Shown here: piece by piece, positions 37,824 to 46,684 of the stretch
How positions within the stretch are numbered: position 1 is the stretch's first letter
Layout: every line of letters begins with the position of its first letter
Assembly: GCA_905182615.1 (NCBI GenBank)
Contig: CAJJCG010000018.1
Span: 14,426 to 78,425 of the forward strand
Direction of reading: 5' to 3'
Length of the DNA stretch: 64,000 nt
DNA from: Alphaproteobacteria bacterium UBA2964
Lineage (GTDB): Bacteria > Pseudomonadota > Alphaproteobacteria > MPNO01 > UBA2964
Position numbers and translations under genes: made by a program
Notes under the pieces: generated by a model
Database searches by the model: none
What the model saw: the letters and a program-made list of their open reading frames with translations, nothing else
What the model was told of the DNA's origin: nothing

Positions 37824-38370
37824 TCAGAACAAAGGCCATCGTGCAATATTCGTTAGATTTATTAACCCAGGCATGGTTGGTACCGCGCTGAACCATGACA
37901 TCTCCAGCCTTCATCACGACCTCTGAATCATCGAGATACATGGTCATTTCACCGGACAGGCAGAGCGCGTAATCGACGGTGTCCGTCTGATGCATAAAGG
38001 AATGCTTCTTTTTCTGCTGCTCGTTCTCACCATGCTGGAGCGCACCGTCAGCACCATATTCCTGGAATGCCTTCTTGGCGGTTTCGGCATCGACCTGTTC
38101 GACCTGAGATTCCGGTGGGAATTCGATCAGACGAAAAGTGGTGCCATTCTTTGGCGGCGGCAGGGGAAGATCAACGCTGGTGGCTTCTGTCGGCTCGTCA
38201 AAATTCGCAGGTGTCGTCGTCGTGGTCCACATATTGTGAAATATAACGCCAGGACGATTAGGTGTGGTCTTTACGCCCGGAGTTGGGCCGTCATCAATAA
38301 CGACGGCGGTGCCATTCTCGTCATGGCCGGTGACAATCCGACGGATACCTAGTGGTTGTTTGTCGCTCAT
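37792..38370 (-). CDS. Cupin-domain protein
   Basis: IRRIVTGHDENGTAVV..., MHQTDTVDYALCLSGEMTMYLDD...GDVMVQRGTNHAWVN. Confidence 0.7.
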   Translation of the reverse strand: MSDKQPLGIRRIVTGHDENGTAVVIDDGPTPGVKTTPNRPGVIFHNMWTTTTTPANFDEPTEATSVDLPLPPPKNGTTFRLIEFPPESQVEQVDAETAKKAFQEYGADGALQHGENEQQKKKHSFMHQTDTVDYALCLSGEMTMYLDDSEVVMKAGDVMVQRGTNHAWVNKSNEYCTMAFVLIGGEGEQGRG

Positions 38371-38387
38371 GTTGTGTTTCTCTTTCT

Positions 38388-39185
38388 TTATAGGCTGTTG
38401 AGAAAGCCAGTGAGAGCCGCATTAAAGTTCTCAGGGTTTTCCATATTGGCGATATGCCCGGCATCAGGAACAACATGCAGTTTAGTTCCCGGCAGCATAT
38501 CCAAAAGCGGCGCCATCTCGTGCGGTCCGGCAGCAGGATCTTCGGCGCCGGAAATAAACAATGTCGGAACCTTAATCTTTTCGATTCGGCCATGATAATT
38601 GATGGTCTGTAAAGCGCCGGAGCAGCCAAGGAAACCATCCAACTTAGTACCACTTATCATACCAACGATTTTTTTCATTGTCGCGGCATTGGCCGGGTCG
38701 CTGGCAAACGCGTCGGTAAACCAACGGGTTGCCGTGGGTTGTGCCATGCCTTCCATGCCGCCTTCCTTGGCCATAACCTGGCGATCATTCCAAGCCTGAA
38801 CAAATCCATCCGGAGAATGATGCGGCAAATCGCAGCCGATATAGGCTGCAAGCCTTTCGTCATGGTCTATAGCAATGCCAAGCCCAGTCGTTCCGCCCAT
38901 TGAAAGTCCGCACAGAACGCTACGTTTAACGCCAAGCGCATCCCACAAAGCGATCAGATCCTGAGCCAGGAGATCGAATGTGTAGGGTGGGGTTGTCGCG
39001 TCGGTGCCGCCATGGCCGCGCTGGTCATAGCGCAGGACACGCCAGTCATTTGACAAGAGCGCCGCCTGCTCGTCCCACATAGTGAGGTTGGTCGCGAGTG
39101 AATTTGAGAAAGTGATCCAGGGCGCGCCTTTGGGGCCCTCAATCTGATAATTAAAATTTATTCCGTTAGCCGCAATTGTCGGCAT
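38388..39185 (-). CDS. 3-oxoadipate enol-lactonase-like alpha/beta hydrolase
   Basis: INFNYQIEGP..., RVLRYDQRGHGGT, GLSMGG, AGHIANMENP. Confidence 0.8.
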   Translation of the reverse strand: MPTIAANGINFNYQIEGPKGAPWITFSNSLATNLTMWDEQAALLSNDWRVLRYDQRGHGGTDATTPPYTFDLLAQDLIALWDALGVKRSVLCGLSMGGTTGLGIAIDHDERLAAYIGCDLPHHSPDGFVQAWNDRQVMAKEGGMEGMAQPTATRWFTDAFASDPANAATMKKIVGMISGTKLDGFLGCSGALQTINYHGRIEKIKVPTLFISGAEDPAAGPHEMAPLLDMLPGTKLHVVPDAGHIANMENPENFNAALTGFLNSL

Positions 39186-39360
39186 GGTTTCCCCCTCCGC
39201 ATCGGTTTCCCGATCTTGTTTGCCAGATTATTTTGATACGGCGTTTGCCGGTCTGGGTCAATTATCACCGAGAATTGGCAAGAATAGAAGGGCCGTGATC
39301 TATCCCGCCAGCACCGCGCGCAGTATGATTTCCAACAGAAACAGAGATGGAGAGGTTCGG

Positions 39361-40311
39361 ATGCCACGAGAATCAATGAGCAAAGTGTTTCGTACTCTAT
39401 TGGCTGGTAATGAGGTGATCGTAAAGCCGGGTGCCCATAATGCGTTAAGTGCGAAGATCATTGAGGCTGCTGGATTTCAGTCCTGTGGAGTTTCCGGTTA
39501 TGCGGTCTCGGCGACGTTGCTGGGAAAGCCCGATGTCGGGCTGATTACACTCGATGAAATGGTGATGATGTCGCGCTATATCGCCGGGGCGGTTAACATC
39601 CCGGCGATCGCCGATGCTGACACCGGTTATGGCAATGCCATCAATGTTATTCGCACTGTCGAGGATTTTATCCGTGCTGGAGTCGCGGGGATCCATATTG
39701 AGGACCAGGTGGCGCCAAAACGCTGCGGCCATGTTGCAGGCAAACAGATTATTCCGTTGGAAGAAGCGGCAGGGAAGTATCGTGCTGCGGCGAGAGTACG
39801 AGATGAGATTGACCCTGATTTTGTGCTTATTGCGCGGACAGATGCGCGCGGCGTTGCCGGTGGCTCTGTCGCGGCGGTTATCGAACGCTCCAAGGCCTAT
39901 CTTGATGCCGGCGTTGATATGATTTTCCCCGAAGGGCTGATTACTAAGGAGGAGATCGCAGAGGTTTGCGACAAGGTGGATGCGCCGATTCATTACAACC
40001 GGACAGGCGTGTCACCAATGCTGTCGCTCGAAGAGCTAAATGAGATGGGTATCGCCATGGTGAGTTTTGCGACCGGGGCATTGCGGTGCAGTGCCCGCGC
40101 CATGTGGGATTTCATGCATGAGTTCAAAGAGCATGACGTCGCCTGTCAGAAATCCTTCCTTGCCGAGGTAAAAGATCATCCGGTGGGCGACATTCACGCT
40201 TTTATGGGTTTTGATAAGATACGGGAACTTGAGGAAGAGTTTCTGCCCAGCGAAGATGTGTTGGCTAAATACCAAGGCTCGGTCGGTTTTATGCCAACCA
40301 CTGACGGATAG
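39361..40311 (+). CDS. Isocitrate-lyase/PEP-mutase-family enzyme (methylisocitrate/dimethylmalate-lyase-like)
   Basis: ADADTGYGN, IHIEDQVAPKRCGHVAGK signature, IARTDA. The ATG at 39361 has a GGAGAGG Shine-Dalgarno. The track start at 39184 is a spurious extension. Confidence 0.85.
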   Translation: MPRESMSKVFRTLLAGNEVIVKPGAHNALSAKIIEAAGFQSCGVSGYAVSATLLGKPDVGLITLDEMVMMSRYIAGAVNIPAIADADTGYGNAINVIRTVEDFIRAGVAGIHIEDQVAPKRCGHVAGKQIIPLEEAAGKYRAAARVRDEIDPDFVLIARTDARGVAGGSVAAVIERSKAYLDAGVDMIFPEGLITKEEIAEVCDKVDAPIHYNRTGVSPMLSLEELNEMGIAMVSFATGALRCSARAMWDFMHEFKEHDVACQKSFLAEVKDHPVGDIHAFMGFDKIRELEEEFLPSEDVLAKYQGSVGFMPTTDG

Positions 40312-40323
40312 AGGAGTGCCACA

Positions 40324-41577
40324 ATGGGCATGACGGCAATTGAAAAGATCCTGGCCAAAAATTCCGGTCAGGAACTTGTAAAACCAGGCGATTTAGTTGT
40401 CGTTAAGGTCGGTACAGCGGTTCTCTATGACAACAACTTCGTGCCCTCTATCTGGCGCGATATCTTGAAAGTCTATGATCCCGAACGGGTCGTCGTGGTG
40501 TTTGACCACCGGGTCCCGGCTAAGGACATCATCAGCGCGACCGCGCAAAAGACCGGCCGCGATTTTGTCAAAAAATTCAATATAGAACGATTCCATGATG
40601 TCGGCGCCAAACAGGGCATCAGCCATGTGCTGGTCGCCGAACATGGCTATGCGCTGCCGGGGTCAGTGCTTGTCTGTGGTGACTCGCATACCTGTAGCGC
40701 TGGTGTTTTTAACTGCGCGGCGCGCGGCACAGGGGCGCCGGACATGTTCTATGCGGTTACTAAGGGTGAGACCTGGTTCCGCGTCGGAGAAACTATTCGC
40801 TATGATTTTGAGGGTACGCTCAAGTCTCCGGTCTCGATGAAGGACGTCTTCTTACACATTGCAGACACTTACGGATCACACGCCAACCAGAATGTGGAGT
40901 TCGGTGGCGGGGCATTGCCGAGTCTTTCGATAAATGCACGGCGCACGATGACAACGATGTGTGCTGAACTGTCGGCTGAATTCGCGACTTTTGAACCAGA
41001 TGACGTGATGCTGGACTATGTCCGGGAACGCAACCCCGCGCCTTTTGAAGCACAATATCCCGATGAAGATGCGAATTATCTCGCGCGCCGCACGATTAAT
41101 CTCGATAAAATGGAGCCGTTGGTCGCGCTACCGGATACCGTGTTGGAGAACTCGCAAAAAGTTGGCGACGTCGCTGGCACGCATATTGATCAGGCATTCA
41201 TCGGTTCTTGCGCCAACGGTACGCTGGATGATTTCGCGGCGGCAGCGGCAGTCCTAAAGGGCAATAAGGTGGCCTCCAATGTTCGTCTGCTTGTCACGCC
41301 GGGGACCCAGAATATTTATCTCGAAGCGCTTCGTCATGGCTATATTGAAACGCTAATCGAAGCAGGCGCAGTTGTGACCAACGCCACCTGTGGTGCCTGC
41401 GGCGGCGGTCATCTCGGCGTTTTAGCGGCCGGTGAAAGCTGCATCACGGCGAGCACCCGAAATTTCAAGGGGCGGATGGGGGATCCGGATTCCAAGGTTT
41501 ATATGGGGTCACCGGCAACGGTCGCGGCATCGGCCATCAAAGGGACAATCGCTGATCCTCGTGATTTTGTGAATTAA
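40324..41577 (+). CDS. Aconitase-family dehydratase, large subunit (LeuC/HacA-like, about 420-aa type)
   Basis: FDHRVPA, VCGDSHT, Fe-S cysteines in IGSCANG and TCGACGGGHLG. Confidence 0.85.
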   Translation: MGMTAIEKILAKNSGQELVKPGDLVVVKVGTAVLYDNNFVPSIWRDILKVYDPERVVVVFDHRVPAKDIISATAQKTGRDFVKKFNIERFHDVGAKQGISHVLVAEHGYALPGSVLVCGDSHTCSAGVFNCAARGTGAPDMFYAVTKGETWFRVGETIRYDFEGTLKSPVSMKDVFLHIADTYGSHANQNVEFGGGALPSLSINARRTMTTMCAELSAEFATFEPDDVMLDYVRERNPAPFEAQYPDEDANYLARRTINLDKMEPLVALPDTVLENSQKVGDVAGTHIDQAFIGSCANGTLDDFAAAAAVLKGNKVASNVRLLVTPGTQNIYLEALRHGYIETLIEAGAVVTNATCGACGGGHLGVLAAGESCITASTRNFKGRMGDPDSKVYMGSPATVAASAIKGTIADPRDFVN

Positions 41578-41588
41578 GGGAGGGGATC

Positions 41589-42089
41589 ATGGAATTCACC
41601 GGCAAGACCTGGAAATTCGGCGATAACATCAACACCGATTTGATTCTACCCGGACGGGCACAACTTTTTACCGAAGCGGAACAATTACGCTGCGTCTTTG
41701 AAGGAAACCGGCCCGGCTGGATTGATGAAGTCGCGAGCGGTGACGTTCTGATAGGTGGGCATAATTTTGGGATGGGGTCGTCACGACCGGCGGCACGTTC
41801 CCTGCGGAATACCGGCCTTGCCTGTATGGTCGCGGAATCAATCAACGGTCTGTTCTATCGCAACTGTGTCAATTGGGGTTTCTTGGCGCTGGAATGCGAC
41901 GGCATCTCGACCGCGTTTGAAGAAGGAGATGAGGCGAAAGTCTCGTTTGAAGACTTCACGGTCAATAATAGCCGTACGGGTGATATTTTGCAGAGCCGAC
42001 TGGTTCCCGATATTCTGTTCAATACAATGAAGGCCGGTGGCGTGTTGCCTTTGCTTGAGGCCGAAGGGCTGATTGCGGCAGCTGAGTAA
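41589..42089 (+). CDS. Aconitase-family dehydratase, small subunit (LeuD/HacB-like)
   Basis: GDNINTDLILPGR, GHNFGMGSSRPAA. 166 aa, 11 nt after the large subunit. Confidence 0.85.
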   Translation: MEFTGKTWKFGDNINTDLILPGRAQLFTEAEQLRCVFEGNRPGWIDEVASGDVLIGGHNFGMGSSRPAARSLRNTGLACMVAESINGLFYRNCVNWGFLALECDGISTAFEEGDEAKVSFEDFTVNNSRTGDILQSRLVPDILFNTMKAGGVLPLLEAEGLIAAAE

Positions 42090-42123
42090 TAGCTTAAAGA
42101 ATTTAGAAATATTGGAGATAGAT

Positions 42124-42909
42124 ATGGCGACATCAGCAATTTCACTACATGAAGAAGACCCTCTACGTGGCAAGGTCTCCGAAGTTGAATGGGAGGCGCG
42201 GGTGCAGCTCGCAGCGGCGTTCCGCATTTGTTATGCGCGGGGCTGGAATGGCTCGACCGCCAATCATATGACGGCGAGGGTGCCGGATGCGCCCGAGCAT
42301 TTTCTGATGAATGCGTCTGATTTTGCCTGGGACGAGATTACTGCTTCGAACCTGCTGAAGCTTGATCACAGTGGCAAGGTGTTGAGCGATACGGATCGCA
42401 AGCCGCGACCGGCTGGGCTGAATTTTCACAGCGCTATCCAGCGCGAGATGCCGCATATCGATTGCACAATACATCTTCATCCGATGGCTGGTGTCGTGGT
42501 CTCCGCCATGGAAGAAGGGCTGATGTTTTTTGATCAGGGTTCGTGTTCCGTATACGGGCAAGTCACTTATCACGACTTTGAAGGGATCGCGCAGGAAGCT
42601 GATGAAGCACCGCGTATACTCGCTGATCTCGGTGATAAATATACCATGATCATGCGCAATCACGGGCTACTCACTGTAGGGCGTACCATTGGTGAGGCGA
42701 TGGCCTATATGGGGCGTCTCGTTGGGGCGTGCGAAACACAGGAACGGCTTTTGGCAACAAATTCGACCCCGGTGCCACTGTCGAAGGAGGTATGCGAATT
42801 CACGGTTTCGCAAATCGCGGGCCGGTCAGGCAATGCGCCAATTGGCGATACGGACTGGCAAGCGGCCTATCGGCGGCAGGTTCGCCAGGACACTTCCTTT
42901 ATGGCGTGA
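42124..42909 (+). CDS. Class II aldolase/adducin-family protein
   Basis: VQLAAAFRI..., NHMTARV, metal-His region TIHLHP, MRNHGLLTVG. The ATG at 42124 has a GGAGA Shine-Dalgarno. Confidence 0.85.
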   Translation: MATSAISLHEEDPLRGKVSEVEWEARVQLAAAFRICYARGWNGSTANHMTARVPDAPEHFLMNASDFAWDEITASNLLKLDHSGKVLSDTDRKPRPAGLNFHSAIQREMPHIDCTIHLHPMAGVVVSAMEEGLMFFDQGSCSVYGQVTYHDFEGIAQEADEAPRILADLGDKYTMIMRNHGLLTVGRTIGEAMAYMGRLVGACETQERLLATNSTPVPLSKEVCEFTVSQIAGRSGNAPIGDTDWQAAYRRQVRQDTSFMA

Positions 42910-42912
42910 TGC

Positions 42913-43530
42913 TTAGGGCTTAGCAGCTTCAATTGATGGGTCGGGGATGATCTCAACGATGACGTTGAGGTCCCCCGGTTCAGCACCGCCAAACCCTTCG
43001 ATCCCAAAGCCGAGGATTGTGATTACCTTGCCATTGATATGACCCGCGGGCACATCGACTGCGACGGTAAGCCCGGTCATGGTAGTGAGGAGCTTGCAGA
43101 TACCCTCGCGGGATTCTGTTTTGGTGACCTTCAATTTGGTGGCGACGTCCTGACCTTTGACTTTCATGGAGGTCGCGGCCGCACCCTTTACCCGGCCGAG
43201 CCGCGTGCCGGCAACATCGCCGAATAGATCACTGACCCGCTCGCCGGAAGTCTCGTCGATTTCGAAATCATACCAGACACCGCCTTTTCCCCACGGTGCG
43301 CCGTGCCCGGGTGGACCGCCTTTGCATCCGGCATTGCGGTCATATTCGGCGCGCTTCTTTTTGTCCGCAAGCAGGTTATAGGCGGCAGTAATGCGCTTGA
43401 AACGGTCTGCAGCCTCTTCGTCGCCAGTATTGACGTCGGGATGTAATGCCTTCGCCAAACTGCGATAGGCCTGCTTAATGGCATCCAAATCAGCGAGACG
43501 GTCTATGCCAAGAAGTTCATAGGCGTTCAT
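42913..43530 (-). CDS. J-domain protein with DnaJ-C-like beta domain, no Zn-finger or G/F region
   Basis: J domain YELLGI...AYRSLAKALHPDVN (HPD). The C-terminus GKVITILGFGIEGFGGAEPGDLNVIVEIIPD resembles a DnaJ CTD segment. Confidence 0.8.
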   Translation of the reverse strand: MNAYELLGIDRLADLDAIKQAYRSLAKALHPDVNTGDEEAADRFKRITAAYNLLADKKKRAEYDRNAGCKGGPPGHGAPWGKGGVWYDFEIDETSGERVSDLFGDVAGTRLGRVKGAAATSMKVKGQDVATKLKVTKTESREGICKLLTTMTGLTVAVDVPAGHINGKVITILGFGIEGFGGAEPGDLNVIVEIIPDPSIEAAKP

Positions 43531-43539
43531 CGTAGAGCC

Positions 43540-44211
43540 TCAGAGATCTGGTGTCTTGAGGGTCACACAATCGTCTGCGAAGACCAGTGCTGCGCCGGTT
43601 ATCTCTCGTAGCTCCTCTTCTGATAAATCTTCGACGATTTCGCGGACGATGAAGCTATTATCCCGAACATCGATCAGCGCATGATCTGAGTACACGCGGG
43701 TAACAACGCCGCTTCCGGTGAGGGGATAGCTGCATTTCTCTAGTAATTTTGGCTGGCCGTCCCTTGTGCAGTGATCGGTAATAACAAAGACATTCTTGGC
43801 ACCAACGGCGAGGTCCATCGCGCCGCCAACACCGGGTGGGCGGGAATTGTCCAGGGTCGCCCAGTTGGCGAGGTCGCCACTCTGTGAAACCTGAAACGCA
43901 CCGAGTACGCATATATCGATATGGCCGCCGCGGATCATGGCGAAGGAGTCGGTATGATGTGAAATACTACCGCCGTCGACCAGCGTAACGGGTTTCTTGC
44001 CGGCATTGATCAGGTCGGGGTTTTCCTCACCTGGTGGTGGGGTCGGGCCCATCCCTAGCAAACCGTTCTCGCTATGGATAATAACCTCGCGGTCGTCGGG
44101 CAGGTAATTCACGACCATTTCCGGTGCGCCGATGCCGAGATTTACATAGGCCCCTTCGGGAATGTCCTGCGCGACGCGCCAGGCAATTTGCTTACGGGTC
44201 AGTTTTGCCAT
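43540..44211 (-). CDS. scoB: 3-oxoacid CoA-transferase subunit B
   Basis: Catalytic Glu motif IIHSENGLLGMGP, GGAMDL. Confidence 0.9.
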   Translation of the reverse strand: MAKLTRKQIAWRVAQDIPEGAYVNLGIGAPEMVVNYLPDDREVIIHSENGLLGMGPTPPPGEENPDLINAGKKPVTLVDGGSISHHTDSFAMIRGGHIDICVLGAFQVSQSGDLANWATLDNSRPPGVGGAMDLAVGAKNVFVITDHCTRDGQPKLLEKCSYPLTGSGVVTRVYSDHALIDVRDNSFIVREIVEDLSEEELREITGAALVFADDCVTLKTPDL

Positions 44212-44213
44212 GA

Positions 44214-44882
44214 TCAGCTTGCCTCTACTTCCATCACCCGGTCGACATAGATACCCGGTGTAATGACCTGTTCGGGATCAATCTCGCCGAGTTCAACAAA
44301 CCGGTCGACCTGCACAATAGTGGCCTTCGCGGCCATCGCCATGGTCGGGCCAAATCCGCGGGCTGACAGGTTATACGTCAAATTACCCCAGCGGTCGGCT
44401 TCACGTGCTTTTATAAACGCAAAATCAGCGGTGAGCGGGAATTCGAGGACGTAATCTTTGCCATCGATAGTCCGGACTTCCTTGCCTTCTGCGAGCGGCG
44501 TATTGACCGAGGTGGGGGTGTAGAAACCGCCGATACCCGCGCCGCCAGCACGCATGCGCTCACTCAGCGTCCCCTGCGGTACGATCTCAAGCTCCAGCAA
44601 CCCCGCGGCATAGAGCTCTTTGGTGACCTCAGAATTGGAGGAGGTCGGAAAGGAGCAAACGACCTTGGCGATCCGTTTTTCCTTAAGTAATCGGATAAGA
44701 CCACGCTCACCCTCACCGGCATTATTGGAAATGATTACTAGATCGCGGTAACCGCGGTCGAGCACCGCTTCCAGCAACTCCTGTGGGGCGCCCGCCGCGC
44801 CAAACCCGGCGGACATGATTGTCGCGCCGTCAGTCATGCCGTCGAGGGCGGAATCGAAATCGTAAACGCGTTTGTCGATCAT
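44214..44882 (-). CDS. scoA: 3-oxoacid CoA-transferase subunit A
   Basis: DGATIMSAGFGAAGAPQEL, ISNNAG, GTLSERMRAGGAGIGGFYTPT. Confidence 0.9.
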   Translation of the reverse strand: MIDKRVYDFDSALDGMTDGATIMSAGFGAAGAPQELLEAVLDRGYRDLVIISNNAGEGERGLIRLLKEKRIAKVVCSFPTSSNSEVTKELYAAGLLELEIVPQGTLSERMRAGGAGIGGFYTPTSVNTPLAEGKEVRTIDGKDYVLEFPLTADFAFIKAREADRWGNLTYNLSARGFGPTMAMAAKATIVQVDRFVELGEIDPEQVITPGIYVDRVMEVEAS

Positions 44883-45029
44883 GATTGATTATACTTGCGG
44901 AGATTTGTAATGAGTCAATTTTCGGCTTTTCGGCGGCGAGTTGCAACTATCCAACAAAAAAGCTTGCCTAACCCTGTACCGCGGGGCGGCGACGGGGTAA
45001 TTTTTGGCTAAATGATAAAAGAGGTTTAA

Positions 45030-46682
45030 ATGGCCAGCTCGGCAACAAAAGGCGGTTACCCTGACTTTCACGAGCATTTGCAAAAGCTCGATGAGGCAGG
45101 CTTGCTCACGACAATCAATGCGCCGGTCAATAAAGACACGCAGCTGCATCCATTGGTGCGCTGGCAGTTTCGCGGTGGCATTCCCGAGGAAGAACGTAAG
45201 GCATTCAAATTCACCAATGTCACGGATAGTTTGGGCCGGTCATACGACATGCCCGTCGTGGTCGGTGCGTTATCGACCAATGCCGAGATGTATTCGATTG
45301 GCATGGGGGTGCCGGTTGAGGAAATCGGTAACAAGTGGAACGACGCGATGGCGCACCCCATTGATCCGGTGACAGTCGATGATGCGGCTTGCCATGAGAT
45401 TGTTCTCATCGGCGATGATTTAAAGGGTGACGGCAATGGTCTCGATGGTTTGCCGGTGCCGATCTCTACGCCCGGCTATGATTGTGCGCCTTATTTAACA
45501 GCAACCAATGTCACGACGCGTAACCCCGAGACGGGGACCCAGAATATGGGAACGTACCGTGCTGGCCTAAAAGCGTCGGATCGTATGGCCGTGCGGATGG
45601 TATCTCGGCCGGGTGGCGCTGAAGGCCATATGCATTGGGAGATGTATAAAAAACGTGGCGAGAAAATGCCCTGTGCGATTGTGGTCGGCTGTCCGCCCTC
45701 AGTTGCTTATATGGGGCCGCAAAAGCTGCCAGTTGGTGTAGAGGAAATGGCTGTCGCTGGTGGTGTCGTTGGTGAGCCAATCCGTCAGGTGAAGTGCAAG
45801 ACTATCGATATCATGGTGCCGGCGGAATCCGAGATCGTCTTTGAAGGCTTCATCGACACTGACTATCTCGAACCTGAAGCACCATTCGCTGAGAGTCATG
45901 GCCATGTGGCGTTGGAGGATTTCAACACGGCGATGGACGTTACGGCGATCACCATGCGGAAGAACGCCGTCTTTACCTCAATCATTTCTCAGCTGACGCC
46001 CTCTGAATCCAGCGTCATTAAGAGGGTCGCTTATGAGCCGCTTTATATGTCGCACCTGCAAGACGGCCTCGGCATCAAAGGGGTCAAAAAGGTTTATCTG
46101 CATGAAAACCTGACCAATCTGCGCCGCGTCCTGTTCATCCAGTTCGAACGCGGTGTCCCGACAACAGAAGTGTGGCGGGCGCTTTATGGTGCTTCATCCC
46201 TGGCGGCAGCGATTGGTAAATATGTTGTGGCGGTCAATGAAGATATCGACCCCAGCAATGGTGACGCAGTGTTCTGGGCATTAGCCTATCGAGCCAACCC
46301 GGCACTTGATGCTCAGATATTAAAACACCGGGTTCCTTATGGTCCCCGCGACAAGCGATCTGCAAATGGTGAGGATTCGACGTTGCTGATTGATGCAACG
46401 CTGAAATCGGATATGCCGCCGATTGCATTGCCCAAGAAAGAATATATGGAGCATGCCGCCAAGCTATGGGAATCGTTGGGTTTGCCGCCCTTAACGCCGG
46501 AATCCCCGTGGCACGGCTATTCGTTGGGTGACTGGTCTGATGAATGGGACGAGATGGCTAAGCGAGCTGCGGAAGGACAATATATGGAAAATGGCCGCCG
46601 CAGTGCCCAGCTGCGTCGCAACGATGTCTTCCCCAATACGTCGATCCGTGAAGTGCCCGGCAATCCGTCTGAGGGCAAGTAA
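45030..46682 (+). CDS. UbiD-family (prenyl-FMN-dependent) decarboxylase
   Basis: FHEHLQKLDEAGLL..INAPV...LHPLVRWQF, and the GTYR region (NMGTYRAG). 550 aa. No ubiX-like gene nearby. Confidence 0.85.
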   Translation: MASSATKGGYPDFHEHLQKLDEAGLLTTINAPVNKDTQLHPLVRWQFRGGIPEEERKAFKFTNVTDSLGRSYDMPVVVGALSTNAEMYSIGMGVPVEEIGNKWNDAMAHPIDPVTVDDAACHEIVLIGDDLKGDGNGLDGLPVPISTPGYDCAPYLTATNVTTRNPETGTQNMGTYRAGLKASDRMAVRMVSRPGGAEGHMHWEMYKKRGEKMPCAIVVGCPPSVAYMGPQKLPVGVEEMAVAGGVVGEPIRQVKCKTIDIMVPAESEIVFEGFIDTDYLEPEAPFAESHGHVALEDFNTAMDVTAITMRKNAVFTSIISQLTPSESSVIKRVAYEPLYMSHLQDGLGIKGVKKVYLHENLTNLRRVLFIQFERGVPTTEVWRALYGASSLAAAIGKYVVAVNEDIDPSNGDAVFWALAYRANPALDAQILKHRVPYGPRDKRSANGEDSTLLIDATLKSDMPPIALPKKEYMEHAAKLWESLGLPPLTPESPWHGYSLGDWSDEWDEMAKRAAEGQYMENGRRSAQLRRNDVFPNTSIREVPGNPSEGK

Positions 46683-46684
46683 GC

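Noticed and set aside
40324-42089. Annotating the aconitase-family pair simply as leucine-biosynthesis leuC/leuD.
   Set aside because: No leuA or leuB is nearby. The pair is the short archaeal/HacAB-like type and is flanked by an ICL/PEPM-family lyase and an aldolase, so a catabolic dehydratase seems more likely. This needs phylogeny, so the gene symbols are left empty.
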